This document shows, one piece after another, positions 23,776 through 36,400 of a stretch of 64,000 bases of DNA. Each line of letters opens with the position of its first letter. The stretch's first letter is position 1. The position numbers and the translations under genes were made by a program. The notes beneath the pieces are model-generated. The model saw nothing but the letters and a program-made list of their open reading frames with translations, ran no database searches and was not told where the DNA came from. The DNA is from an uncultured Chloroflexia bacterium. GTDB lineage: Bacteria; Chloroflexota; UBA6077; JACCZL01. The DNA lies in NCBI GenBank assembly GCA_963765765.1, contig CAVXYC010000023.1, positions 1-64,000 on the forward strand. Reading direction: 5' to 3'.

Positions 23776-23887
23776 ATTACCGTCCTTTTTTACCGTCCTT
23801 GTGCGTGCGGAGTTGCTGACGCCACGGGCCTAGTGGCGTCAGGTCTTCGAGCTCGTCGTCGCGTCGAGCTCGAAGACCTAACCTCGG

Positions 23888-25724
23888 TCACGGGGTCACG
23901 ATGGGCTGCGGCTGCGGCGCAGGACTCAGTCGGCCTTTGGGTAGCTTGAGCGACACCGCGAGCCCGAGGAGCGCCACAATTCCCAGCACCGCCAGCGACA
24001 TGCCCAGTGCCTGGTTTCGGGCGTCGCTGTTGATACGAACGACCTCGTTCACGACTTCTGGTGGTTGCCCGACCAGGGCAGCCTGGACCTGCGCATCGCT
24101 CAAGACGCTCACGTCACCCTGAAGCGCCGCCGCGATTTGATCCTTGGACTCCGGGGGGAGCACCTGGCTCGCCTGGGTGAGGCTGGTGACGCCGGTGATG
24201 AGCACCGACACCATGACGGCGCCTGCCAGGGCCGTGCCGAGCGACGAGCCCAGATTAGAGACACTGCGGGATACACCCGAGATCTCGCTCTGGTCTTCCT
24301 CCGGGATACTCGATTGCACGAGGGCCACGGAGGCAGGCAGCACAGCTCCGATGCCAAGACCGAACACGAATAGACCTGGGGCCAACGCCCAATCGCCGGT
24401 CCTCGATCATCGCCGCGATGAGCATCAGGACGATCCCGACGGCCGCGGTGCCGAACCCCACGAGGAGAATCTGCCGCCCCACGAACCTCTTCATCATATT
24501 TTGAACCCGCGCTGATGCGATTAATACGCCAGCGGTCGCGGGCGTCATGAGTAGCCCCGTCTCAATGGCACTGTTGCCGCGCGCAACCTGGAAATAGACC
24601 GACACCACGAACGAGACGCCAAGGAGCACGAACCACTGGAAGTTCTGGGTGACAAGCCCGATGTTGCAGAGTTTGTTCCCGAGGACGCGGAGATGGACCA
24701 GAGGCTCTTTCCCCGCCTCCTCCCGACTGCGGATGTGCCGGAAGAACAGCCATGTCACGAGAAGGCCCGCGCCAACAAGGGGCCAGACGGGCGAGATGCC
24801 ACCCGCTGGAATCACGACGCGGTTGCCGATGACGAAGTCCTGCCGAGCCTGTATCCAGCCGTAATCGCTAGCCTGGAGCACACCGAACACCATCAGAGCC
24901 ATCCCAGCGGCGGAGAGGACCACGCCGAGATAGTCAAGCTTCGGTTTGACCCCGGTGAATGGGATGTCGACGATCTTGCGGCTCATCACAAGAATCACGA
25001 TGGCGAGAAGCACCTCACTAGCAAACGTGGCCCGCCACGAAATGGCCGACGTGATGATGCCGCCAAGCAAGGGGCCGGCCGCGGCCCCGACTCCGCCCGC
25101 TCCGCCGATCACGCCAAATGCCGCTGCGCGTGCTCGGACATCGGCGATGCCAACCGTAGCGAGAATGTAGATCGGGGGGACGAGGAGGGCCGATGCGATC
25201 CCCTGTAACAGGGAGAAGCCCACCACCATGCCGCCCATCGCCTGAGCAAGCGCGGCGATCGAGGCGCCTATTGCGAACACGCCAATGCCGAGCAAGAAGG
25301 TGCGTTTGCGACCCCAGATGTCCGTAAGCTTGCTGCCAGTGATCATCAAGGCCGCCATCACCAGGGTAAAGAGGGTGATGGAAGTCTGCACGCCCGTGAC
25401 TGTGGTTCCGAGATCCTGTGAGATATCTGAGATCGAGACGTTCAGGGCCGAATTGGCATAGCTGCAGAGGAATTGTCCCAGCGCAAGCGGGACCACCAAA
25501 GCCCAGGGTATGGCTAGCCCGGCCTCAGGCGTAGCTTGCTCGTCGATCTTCCGTGGCATTGCGCTCGCGCTGCCAGAGAGCGAGTCAGGTCCCGCTGGCT
25601 CTTGAGCTCGCTCGTGTCCGTTCGACCCGTCGATCTTCCCCGGCGGTGCGCTCGCGCTGGCATCTAGAGCTGAGACCGAGTCAGGTACTCCTGGCTCTCG
25701 AGCTCGCTCGTTCTCGTTCGACAT
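23888..25724 (-). CDS. MFS transporter, DHA2-like, frameshift near 24390
   Basis: TLVMAALMITGSKLTDIWGRKR motif A, GPLLGG.IT...SWRA.F, EISGVSRSVSNLGSSLGTA. Confidence 0.88.
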
Positions 25725-25796
25725 GTCGATCCTCCGTGGCGGTGCGCTGGCGCTCCGGTCTATAGGCGAGAGCGAATCACATCCCGCTGGCTCTTG
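25542..25796. repeat. Three imperfect tandem copies of an 87-96 bp unit spanning the MFS start codon
   Basis: Units begin gtcgatc(t/c)tcc at 25542, 25629 and 25725 and share gcgctNgcgct, gagtcaggt/gaatcacat and ctggctct blocks. Confidence 0.8.
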
Positions 25797-26264
25797 AATT
25801 CACTACGTTTGCGGCCAGAGGCATAGCCGTGGACCCGGCGCACCGGGACGTCCAACAACTCCTCCGCGCGGGCCGCCCAGCGTCGCGACTCGTCTGCGTG
25901 TCAGCGCGAGCTCTCCTCGTGGACTCGCTGCAACGAACCACCGCTGACACGGGAGGGGGATATCGGGCGATCGTCCGCCAGTCAGCGGCGTTCGAGTCAG
26001 TCTAGGGTGGCCTGACCGGAGTGCGAGTGGACGGGTGACACCATCCGGCGAATGCCGTTCGGCACCTCATCACGAGGGGCTGCAGGGCCGGCCTGGCAAC
26101 GTTCGCGATGGTACTTCGTAGCTACATTTCATCGATGACGCCCACGGAGCTCGGGCGGGGTGCACAGCGTCACCGCTGGCACAATGCCATCTGGCATCTC
26201 GACGCGTTCCCAGTCTCATCTAGACTTTGGCCATTGAGTGAACTACGGCCCAGGAGGGGACGAG

Positions 26265-26729
26265 GTGAGCAAACTCATCGCGATCACGTTTGACGGGCCG
26301 CAGCAGGCCAGCGAGGCGCTCAGGGCGATAAGAGAGATCGAGCGCCGGGGCCGGGTGCACCTGACGGACACGGCCGTTGTCACGAAGGACGCTGACGGCC
26401 GCGTCCACACCAAGAACGAGCTCGACAGCGGAGTCGAGCTCGGCATCGGCGTCGTGGGAACGCTGGGGCTACTGGTCGGGATCGCCTTCCCTGTTGCCGG
26501 AGTCGCGGCCGGGCTGGTGGGCGGAGCATGGGCAGGTTCCAAGATCCATGCTGGTATCGATAAGAAGTTTGTGGAGTCTCTCCGCACTGACCTACGTCCT
26601 GAGACGTCGGCGCTTCTACTGGCGGTGGCCGATCAGCCGCCGGCCATTCCGGAGATCCATGAGGCGATGCTGCCGTTCAACGGTACCGTCTACACGCAGC
26701 ACTTAGACGGTGATAGCCTGCCGAGCTGA
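26265..26729 (+). CDS. DUF1269 family membrane protein
   Basis: AGGAGG RBS, then MSKLIAITFD...A..AL...LTDTAVVTKDADGRVH, Gly-rich TM hairpin, GIDKKFV...L.PETSAL. Confidence 0.8.
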   Translation: MSKLIAITFDGPQQASEALRAIREIERRGRVHLTDTAVVTKDADGRVHTKNELDSGVELGIGVVGTLGLLVGIAFPVAGVAAGLVGGAWAGSKIHAGIDKKFVESLRTDLRPETSALLLAVADQPPAIPEIHEAMLPFNGTVYTQHLDGDSLPS

Positions 26730-26941
26730 CACTTCGGCACGCTGAGCTCGACTCTCCCCGAGATCGTTACCACTGCAGGATCCGGCGCGTTCGCGCTGGC
26801 TGGTTACGCTATCCGCCGCTGCCGAGCCGCGTCGGCGATTCGCGCCATAGTTGGCTGACCACTAGAGCGGTGAATGGTCGTCCATGCGCGAACGTACTAC
26901 ACTGCGATCGTTCAGCATCAAGTCGGTGATCCGGAGGAACG

Positions 26942-28006
26942 ATGGCTAAGAAACTCGCGTTCATGGGCGCAGGCGCCGTGGGCAGCTACGTGGGTGGGTA
27001 TCTTTCGAACGCGGGCGAGGACGTGACCCTCATCGACCCGTGGCCGGATCATGTAGAGGCAATCAAGCGCGATGGCATCAAGATCAGCGGTACGCAAGGA
27101 GAGCAGACTGCGCACCCGCGCGCCCTGCACCTGCACGAGGCGCAGTCGCTGGCCAAGGACCCCGTTGACATCGCATTTGTCTGTACCAAGTCGTACGACA
27201 CGGTCTGGGCCACCACGCTCATCAGCCAGTACCTGGCGCCGGGCGGATTCATCGTCTCACTGCAGAACAGCATCAACGAGGAGCGCATCGCCAGCGTTGT
27301 GGGCTGGGGCCGAGTCATCGGCATCATCGCCAGCAGCATCAGCGTCAACGCGTTCAAGGCCGGCCACGTCGTGCGCACCGTCCAACCCGGCGGCCCGGGC
27401 TACACGGTGTTCCGCGTGGGTGAGCCCCACGGCCGCATCACGCCCCGCGCGGAAGAGCTGGCGCGCATGCTGACCTGCATCGATAGCGCCAAAGTCACGC
27501 CCAATCTCTGGGGCGAGCGCTGGAGCAAGCTGGTCATCAACTCCATGGGCAACGGCGTCTCGGCCGTGACCGGCATGACCAGCAAGGAGTGCGCGGGGAA
27601 CGCGGAAGCGCGCCGCATGACCATCCAGCTTGCCGGCGAGGCCATCGCCGTGGGCCAGGCGCACGGCTTCGACCTCGAGGAGATCCAGGGCGCGGAGCCG
27701 GAGAAGTGGGTGTCCGCCGCCTCAGGTGGCGAGGCCGCGCTGAAGGAGCTGGAGGAAAGCATCGCCGGACGCATCGCGCGCATGACCGACGATGGAAAAC
27801 CCTCCACCGCCCAGGACATCGACAAGGGTCGCCGTACGGAGATCGATTTCCTGAACGGCCTGGTTGTAGACAAAGGCAACGAAGCTGGCGTCCCCGCACC
27901 GACTCATGCTGCGCTCGTCTCAGTCGTGCATGACGTGGAACGCGGCGAGCTGGAGCCGGCGCCGCGGCTGGTGGACGAGATCTGGAGACTGGCGGGTAAA
28001 GGTTGA
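26942..28006 (+). CDS. Ketopantoate reductase (PanE/ApbA) family oxidoreductase
   Basis: GAGAVG Rossmann motif, CTKSYDT, SLQN, WSKLVIN, STAQDIDKGRRTEIDFLNG. Confidence 0.88.
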   Translation: MAKKLAFMGAGAVGSYVGGYLSNAGEDVTLIDPWPDHVEAIKRDGIKISGTQGEQTAHPRALHLHEAQSLAKDPVDIAFVCTKSYDTVWATTLISQYLAPGGFIVSLQNSINEERIASVVGWGRVIGIIASSISVNAFKAGHVVRTVQPGGPGYTVFRVGEPHGRITPRAEELARMLTCIDSAKVTPNLWGERWSKLVINSMGNGVSAVTGMTSKECAGNAEARRMTIQLAGEAIAVGQAHGFDLEEIQGAEPEKWVSAASGGEAALKELEESIAGRIARMTDDGKPSTAQDIDKGRRTEIDFLNGLVVDKGNEAGVPAPTHAALVSVVHDVERGELEPAPRLVDEIWRLAGKG

Positions 28007-28094
28007 CGGCATGCCGTGACGCGGCAGTGCCGGCCAGCTGACCCCAACCGCCGGCTCGGGGTTCGTCAGCGCAAGGTCAGCTGCCCACCCTCCG

Positions 28095-28947
28095 TTACTT
28101 CGTACCGACCGCGACGATCACCTCGCCCGGACAGACGCAGCCTTCCGGCCCCTCGAATCGCCGCAGCTCCTCCTCCAGGTCGCGCACCACGTCGGCGCGC
28201 TCTGTCGGCGAGAGGTGCCCGATAGACGCGTTCAGGCTCGGGCTCGACTGGAAGGTGATCGCGGCAGCCTCAGCGGCACTCGCGAAGTGGCGCGACGCAT
28301 CCACGCGCTGCGTGCTGACATCTCGATAACCGGCGCTCCGCAGCGCCTCCTCCAGCCTCCGTGCGTCACTCAATGAGAAGATCGGCGCCTGCCGATTCTC
28401 GACTGCTTGTGGGTCGGCGTAGCGGCTGGCCACCGTGCGCGAGGCCATTTGAGTCTGGTTGCGCTCCATGGGTCCCCAGACAACGGCTGAGAAGCGACCG
28501 CCCGGCACGAGGACCCGCAGAATACCCGTAAGCGTGCGCTGGAGGTCGGGAACGAACATGAGCCCCAGCCTGGAGATCGCCGCGTCGAACGACTCGAGCG
28601 GGGAGATCGAGGTCGTTGGCATCCATCACGCGAGTCTCGAGATTGCCCAGCCCAGCTTCCCGAGCGGCCGCCTCGGCCTGTTGGAGCATGCTGGCCGAGA
28701 TGTCTGTCGCGAGTACTGAGCCCGTGGGACCTATCCGACGCAGCGCGAGCAGCGACTGCTCGCCGGTGCCCGCTGCAACATCGAGTACGCGATTGCCCAA
28801 TTTCAGGTCCGCAAGATCGAGCATCAGCTCGGTGGCAGGTCCGAGATATTGCGCCCGCTGCTCCTGCCCGAGGCTCCAGACACTAGCGCCCTCAGTGGAA
28901 ACGAAGAAGTTCTCAGCCGTCGTTTCGGCCGGTTTTTCCGCGGTCAT
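28095..28947 (-). CDS. Class I SAM-dependent methyltransferase (frameshift near 28600)
   Basis: VLDVAAGTGE motif I, TDISASML, MDA, FDAAISRLGLMF, RVLVPGGRF. Starts 45 bp after the stop of the last STAND gene. Confidence 0.88.
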
Positions 28948-28991
28948 GTGCTGCGCTCCTCTCGAACGGCAGCAATCAACGCCGCCAAGCT

Positions 28992-31900
28992 TCACTCGGC
29001 ACTGACGCCGAGCTCACGCTCGTCATGCTGCCACTTTACTCCATAGATTCGATGCGTTCCGTCGAGTCCCTTGAGCTCTACGTCACGAGCTTCGGTGAAT
29101 TCCGCCACGCCGGTACGCTCCGTGAGCTGCTTCAGCAGCGCCGAGACCAGGATCTCCCCGCCTAGCGCATGGTCCGCGATTCGCGCCGCGAGCACCACGT
29201 CGCGCCCATGGAAGTCGTCGGCATCCTCGCAGCGCCTCGCCTGTGTGCAGGCCCATGCGCACGCGGATGGGCGGATCGGCTTGCCGCGACGCAACCGCGC
29301 GCTGGATGGCCACCGCGCACTCCAGGGCTCGCGTGCGCTCTGAAAGCGAGCATAAAGCCGTCGCCCTGGCACTTCACCTCGAAGCCCTCGTGCGCCGAAC
29401 CTGCTCGCGGACGAGCGCATGGTGGGCGCGCAGGATGTCCAGCCAGCGCCGATCGCCCAGTCTACCGTAAGCCGGTGGAGTCTTCGATATCGGTGAAGAG
29501 CAAGGTGACGGTGCCATCGGGCGCGGCGTGCGGATGCAGATCGGGCGGCTCCCGAGCAACGGCCACGGTTACCGCATCGATGGACGTGCTTGGGCTGATA
29601 GCGTCGATGCCCTGAAGCTGGAGCTTGCGGCGCAGTGCCCGTTCCAGCGCTGGTTGCATGCGCATATCCCGCAGCTCCGCGATGGCCCGGTCGAGGTGCT
29701 CGAGCGCCTCGAGCCGCTCCTCGGGGTAGTGGTCCAGGAGCAGCTCGGCCAGCTGCAGATGCGCGAGTGCGATTTCGGGACGGAAGCGCACCTGCGCGCA
29801 CACCTCCAGGGCCTGCTCGATAGAATTCCCGTGCCTGCTCCGCCTCGCCCAGCAGCGCGGCCGCGTCGCCCAGGAGGCGGGCAAAGCTGCACGCACCAGC
29901 ATCGGTGCGCAGGGATGCGACGCCGAGCGGCGTCAGGCGCCGAGCCAGGGCACGGGGTCTCCCGGTCGCCCCCCGAGGATCGCGGCCTCGAACAGGTTGA
30001 TAAGGACGTGGAGACCCGATTCGTCGTCGTCGGCGCCGATGTCGCCGAACCGCTCGCGGATGGCCCGTGGCCTCGTCGTGGCGCCCCAGGTGCGCCAGGC
30101 ACATCGCCCGGGCCGACTGCGCCGGCGGCCCGGGTCCCCGAAGCTTCCATACGGCCTCGGCGGCCCGGCCCAGGTGGATCAGGGCCCTTGCCCATTGGAA
30201 GCGGTTAGGGTCTTCGCCGACGCCCAACTCGTCAGCCGCGCGCCGCGGCCGCCTCGACGCGGCCAGCGCGTCCTCGAGCCGCCCGTCAAGCAACGACAAG
30301 TCCACGGACGGCGACATGGCCACCACGGCAAGGGTCGCGTCCCGCGTGCGCTCGGCAAGCTCCGCCAGCTCGCCGCCAGATCTCCTCGCGCTCGCGCCCG
30401 GTCGCCCCGCTCCAACAGCACGCTGCCACGAACCGAAGGCAGAGACCCAGGTCGCCCGAGCGTGCCCCGTGGCGCGGGCGCCGCAGCACCTCCTCGGCAA
30501 GCTGGTCGACCGTCTCGCGGTCGCGCAGGGCGAGGAACGGAGTCCGTAAGCCGCGGCCACGAAGAACGCCGGTCATCCTCGAGCTCGTGCGCCCGCTCCA
30601 CCGCTCGCCGCAGGAAGGGTGAGCGACCGTCGGACCGGCGCCGGCCACCATATGCGACATGGCCAGCCGCACGTCGGCGTACACCGGGCCGCGGTTTCCG
30701 CCCGCGGAGCGGTCGGCCCGGGCCAGCCACTCCGGGCGCTCAGGGAACCGCCAGACCCGCGGGCCTGCGCCGCCATAAGATCGCACGAGCGCCTCGAGGG
30801 CGATAACGGCGGCGCGCGCCGCCCGCGATGAGTCGCCCAGACGCTTCGGCCAGCGCGAACGCTTCGGGAGTCGCCTCGGTGGCCGCCCGGCGTGGCTCCT
30901 CCGATGGCAGCATCGCTTCGCCCAGGGCCAGCAGTAGGTCGCACCGCTTCTCTCGATGTCTGAGTCCAGCACGGCCTGCACCTGGATGGCCTGCTCCAGG
31001 TGTCGGCCGCCTCCCCGTGGGCGTAGACGCCCATCGCCCGCTCGGCCGCCAGCTCACTGTAATGACCGCCTTGGCCAGATCAGCCGGGTCGGTCGAGTGG
31101 GAGAAATGCTCGGCCAGCTCGGCGGCGTGCTCCTCCAGCCGGCTCGCGTACTGCGCCTCCAGCGCCCGCGCCACCTGCTGGTGCAGTCGCAGTCGCCGCG
31201 GCGCGATCAGCTCCTCGTAGAGCGTCTGGCGGAAGAAGGCGTGGGTGAACCGATAACGAATCGCCCCGGCCGGGCCTGCTCTTGCAGCACGCCCACCCGC
31301 AGCGCCTCCTCCAGGGCGTCCACGAGCGCGTCCTCTCGAGAGGTCGGCCACCCGGCGAAGTATCTCCAGGTCGAAGTCCCGCCCGATGACCGCCGCGATC
31401 GCGAGCACGCGGTTGCATCCGCGGACAGGCGTGATAGGCGCTTGCCGATGACGTCCCGCAAGCCCTCGGGGATACCGGCGTCCGGCTCGCCGCCGTCGGT
31501 GCGCACCCAGCGGCCGCCCTCGCGCACCACGATGCCCTCCTCCACCAGGTAGCGCAGCACCTCCTGGACAAAGAGCGGGTTGCCCTCGGTCTGGCGATGG
31601 ATCGCCTCGGCCCGCGCCCAGGGCACGTCCTGACCGCGGATCGGTTCATCATCCGATGCACTTCGTCCACGGTGAGCCCGCGCAGCGAGCGCGGACGAAC
31701 GCCGCCGATCCGCCGCAGCTCGGCCAGCGCCGCCGAGAGCGGATGCGCGCGATCCACCTCCACATCCCGATACGTCCCGACGACGAGTAGGCGTGCGCCG
31801 GAGAGATTGCGGGACAGGTGCTGGAGCAGATCGAGCGTGCCGCGATCGGCCCAGTGGAGGTCCTCGAGCACGAGCACCAGGGGCTGGATGGTCGCGGCGT

Positions 31901-33426
31901 TGCGCAGAAAGCCGACAAGCGCCTCAAACAGTCGCCAGCGCTCCTCTTCCGGATCGCCGCCGAGCGGCCGCGGCTCAATGGCGACGCGCTCGCGGACCTC
32001 GGAGACGATGCGCGCCACATCGCCCGCGCCCGAGCCCAGCTCGGCTTCAGCGCCTCGGCGTCCGGGCCAGGACATACGTGCGCAGGGCTTCGACAAAGGC
32101 GAGATACGGCAAGGAGAGCGAGCCCTCCTCGTAGCAATGGCCGACCAGCGTGCGCCCCCACGCACCGCGGCGTAGGTGGCCAATTGCTCGCACAGGGCGG
32201 TCTTGCCGATGCCCGGTTCGCCGACCACCATGACCAGCCAGCCCTGACCGGAAGGGCTCGTCAAACGCGGCCTGGAGCTGGCGCAGCTCGCTTCGCGCCC
32301 GACGAAGGTCGGCCGGTAGAGTGGGGGCGTCGTCAACCGGCGAAGGCTGCGTGCGGCTGACGGTCGCCGCGCCACGGTCGATAGGTTGATCGCCGCGAGC
32401 GCCTGGCAGCACCTCGATTGCCGAGCGGGCGCTTGGCCGGTTCCTTCTCCAGAAGCGCAGAATCAGCGACTCAGTCCCGGCGGACAGTCCGGGCCGATGC
32501 CAGGAGGGCGCTACGGGCGGCGTGTTCAAGTGCTGGGTGATGATGGCCACGCTCTCATCGCCCACGAACGGCGGCCGGCCACACACCAGCTCGTAGAGCA
32601 CGCAGCCCAGCGCGTAGAGATCGAGCGCGCGTCGACCGACCACCGATGGCCTGCTCCGGGGCCATGTACGAGACGGTGCCGATCATCATCCCCGGCTGGG
32701 TATGGCGCGTCTGGTCCAGGGCCACGGCCAGACCGAAGTCGCCGAGCTTGGCCATGCCCTCCGCGGCTCAGCCAGATGTTGCCCGGCTTCAGATCGCGGT
32801 GGATCGATGTCTCGGGCATGGGCATGCTCCAGTGCCTGGCACAGCTCCTGTCCAAGATCCAACACCTGCGCGATGGGCAGGCGATGATCGGGCGCGTTTT
32901 GAAGAAGGTCGGTCAAGGTCGCCCGCCGGCATCAGCTCAGTGACGAGATAGGGTTGGCCCTGCTCCTCACCGAGGTCCAACACGGCGACGATATTCGGGT
33001 GGGAGCCCAGCCGGCCCATGGCCCGGGCCTCGCGGCGCACGCGCTGCCGGCCGGCTCATCCAGGCCCTCGGTCTTGATCAGGGCCAAGGCGACCTCACGG
33101 TCCAACAGGGTGTCGTGCGCGCGGTAGACCCGCTTCTTGCCGCCCTCGCCCAGCAGCTCCCGCACCTGGTAGCGCCCATTGGCGAAGGTTGGATATTGGC
33201 GTCGCGTGGGGCGGTCCAACGGGAGAGGGCTCGTGCCGCACGGCGGCTGAGACCGACGATCCGAGTGCCCGCTGCGCGGTCAGAGAACTGGCGCGTCCGA
33301 ATTTTCGGGGTCGAGAGCTGGGGCTTCGGCGCGCTCCTTTACCACGGCACCAATCTCGCTGTCGAGTGCCGCATCGGCCTCGTCGAGCAGCGCGTCGATC
33401 TGCCGCTGGATCCGCTCACTGGGCAT
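28992..33426 (-). CDS. Kinase-STAND ATPase-TPR-like-class III cyclase protein, paralog 1 (heavily frameshifted)
   Basis: [18 protein letters not shown] start, [29 protein letters not shown], Walker A GEPGIGKT, Walker [24 protein letters not shown]...[41 protein letters not shown]. Confidence 0.85.
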
Positions 33427-36400
33427 TGTGCATCTCGACTTCCGCATCATGACCAGGCCACGCTAACGCCATGCGTGAGCCGTCGAGGCCCTTGAGCTCT
33501 ACCTGCCGCCCCTCGTCAAACCGCACGTCAGCGCGGCTTTCGGTGAGCTCCTTCAGCAGCGCCGACACCAGAATCTCCCCGCCCCAGTGCCTGGTCCGCG
33601 ATGCGCGCGGCCAGCACCACATCGCGCCCGTGGAAGTCGTCGGCGTCTCGCAGCGCCTCGCCGGTATGCAGGCCCATGCGCACGCGAATTGCCGGCTCCG
33701 AATGGGCTTCGGTCACTGCCCGTTGGATAGCAATCGCGCACTCGAGTGCCCGACGCGCGCTCTGGAATGCCAGCATGAAGCCGTCGCCCTGGCACTTCAC
33801 TTCAAACCCACCGTGCGTCTGCACTTCCTTGCGCACCAGAGCGTGGTGGGTTCGCAGCACATCCAGCCAGCGCTGGTCGCCGAGCTCTAGCGTTAGGCCG
33901 GTGGAATTTTCGATATCGGTGAACAGCAGCGTCACGGTGCCATCGGGTGCGGCGTGCGAGGCGAGGCTCGGCCGCTCCGACTCCAGCACATGGCTGAGTG
34001 CGTCGATCGAGGTGCTCGGGCTGGACTCGGATAGACCCTGGAGCTGCAGCTTTCTACGCAGCGACCGCTCCAGGTAGCTCGTCATCTTCATGTCGCGGAG
34101 CTCACCGATCGCAAAGTCGAGATGGGCCACGCCCTCGGCCTTGAGCTCGTCAGGAGTGAGCGGACGACTGCCGTCCTCGGTTCTGAGAGCTGATGGCCGA
34201 TCGCTGACGGCCTCGTCCAGCAGCAGCTCCGCCAGCTCCAGGCGGCACAGCGCCAGCTCCGGCCGGTGGCGGCCATGCGTGCAGGCAGCGATCCCCTGCT
34301 GGTAATACGCTCGCGCCTTCGCGGGCTGGGCCAGGAGGCGCGCCGCGCCGCCCAGGTCACGGCCCAGGCAGTTGGTGATCGAGGGCTCGGTGAAAAGCAG
34401 ATCGGCCAGGGGCGCCAGCTTCGGCTCGATCATCGCCACGGCCTGCGTGTGGCCCGCGGCCACGGCGGCCTCCAGCAGGTAGCGGAGCAGGGTGGCGGCG
34501 GTGGTGTCGTTCGGGTCGCTCAGGTCCCGCGCGGCCAGGAACTGGTCGATGATCGCGGTGGCTTCGGCGATGCGGCCGGCGTGGGCCAGGTAGATCGCCT
34601 GCTGCGCCGCGAAGGCGCCCCCGGTGGCCCACAGGTTGGCGGGCGTCGGGATGCTAGCCAGGACCTCCGCGGGGCGTCCCAGGTAGAGCAGGGCGCGGCG
34701 GCGGGCGCGGCCCGCGGCCTGCCGACCCAGCCCGGCGCTGCCGGCCTGCTCCCCGAGCCGCTGTGCGGCGTCGGCCAGCTCCAGCGCCCGCCCGAGCGCC
34801 CCGTCCCAGGTGGCCAGGACCGCCCGAAATTCCAGATCCAGGATCCGGGCGGCGGGCTCGTGGCTGCGGGCCGCCGCGGACTCCACGGCGCGCGCGATGG
34901 CTTCGGCGCGTTCGCGGTCCCCCCAGGTCAGGAACGCGCCGCGCCATCCCCCCATCCCGCCCCCAGGGGTCGCGAGGAGGGCGTCCCCCGCGCCCATCCC
35001 GTCTGCCCCATCCTGGCTGAAGCGCAGGTCCCAGATGAGCTGGGCCGCCTCCAGGCGATGGGCGTGCTCCGAGGGGGTGGCGGTGGCGCCGTTAGGCCAC
35101 GTGGCCGGCCGCCGAGAGCTGGGCCTCCCGATCGCCGAGCTCGCGCGCCAGCTCGAACGCCTGCCGCTCCATGCGCCACGATTCGTAATGCCGCCCCGCG
35201 TCCCGCAGTGCCAACGCGAGCCACAGATCCGCGTGCACGCGGTCCACCGTCCCCGGGGCGGCATGCCGATCCGCCCGCTCGACCCACTCCCGGTGGCGCT
35301 CGCTGCCCAGCCCGCGCGGTGACGCCGCCGAACGTCGCCGAGGGCGATCATGGCGAGCTGGCACGCGGCCACGGCCCGGTGCGCGTCGTGCAGCGTCTCG
35401 GCCAGGGCGAAGGCCTCCTCCGCCACGGACGTGAACACCCGCTCCGACTCGCCGGACGGGATCAGCGCCCGACACAGCGCCAGCAGCAGGTCGCAGCGTC
35501 GATCGGCATCGTCGGGATCCAGCACCTCCTGGGCTTCCAGCGCCCGCTCCAGGTGCCGCGCCGCCTCGCCGTAGGCATAGACGCCCATCGCCCGCCGGGC
35601 CGCCAGCTCGCCGTAGCGCACCGCCTTGCCCAGGTCGTCGGGGTCGCTGGAGTTGGCGAAGTGCTCGGCCAGCTCGGCAGCATGCTCGTCCACCCGCCGG
35701 CCGTAGACCCGCTCCAGCGCCCGGCCCACCTGCTGGTGCCAGCGGATGCGCCGCGCGGCGAAGATCTCCTCATAGAGCGTCTGGCGGAAGAAGGCGTGCA
35801 TGAAGCGGAACGCGAGACCCCCGCCGCCGGGGCTCCTGCGCTCCTCGATGATCGCCCGCGCCTGGGCCTCCTCCAGAGCCGCGATCACCGCCTCCTCGGG
35901 CCGGTCGGCCACCTGCTGCAGCGCGTCCAGGCGAAAGTCCCGCCCGATCACGGCCGCGATGGTCAGCACCTGGTTGGTCTCCGGACGCAGCCGGCTCAGG
36001 CGCTTGCCAATCACGTCCCGCAGCCCCTCCGGAATCCCGGCGTCGGCCTCGCCGCCGTCGGCCCGCACCCATTGCCCGCCCTCCCGGACGACGATCCCTT
36101 CCTCGACCAGGTAGCGCAGCACCTCCTGGACGAACAGCGGGTTGCCCTCGGTCTGGCGGTGGATGGCCTCGGCGCGGCCCCAGGGCACCTCCTGGCCGCG
36201 GATCGCCCGCATCATCCGGTGCACCTCGTCCACGGTCAGGCCACGCAGGGCCACACGGGCGAAGGGGGTGGTCCGGCGCAGCTCGGCCAGGGCCGCGCTC
36301 AGCGGGTGGGCGCGGTCCACCTCGACGTCGCGGTAGGTGCCCGACCACCAGCAGGCGGCTGCCCCTCGAGGCTGCGGCTAGACGTGCTGGAGCAGGTCCA

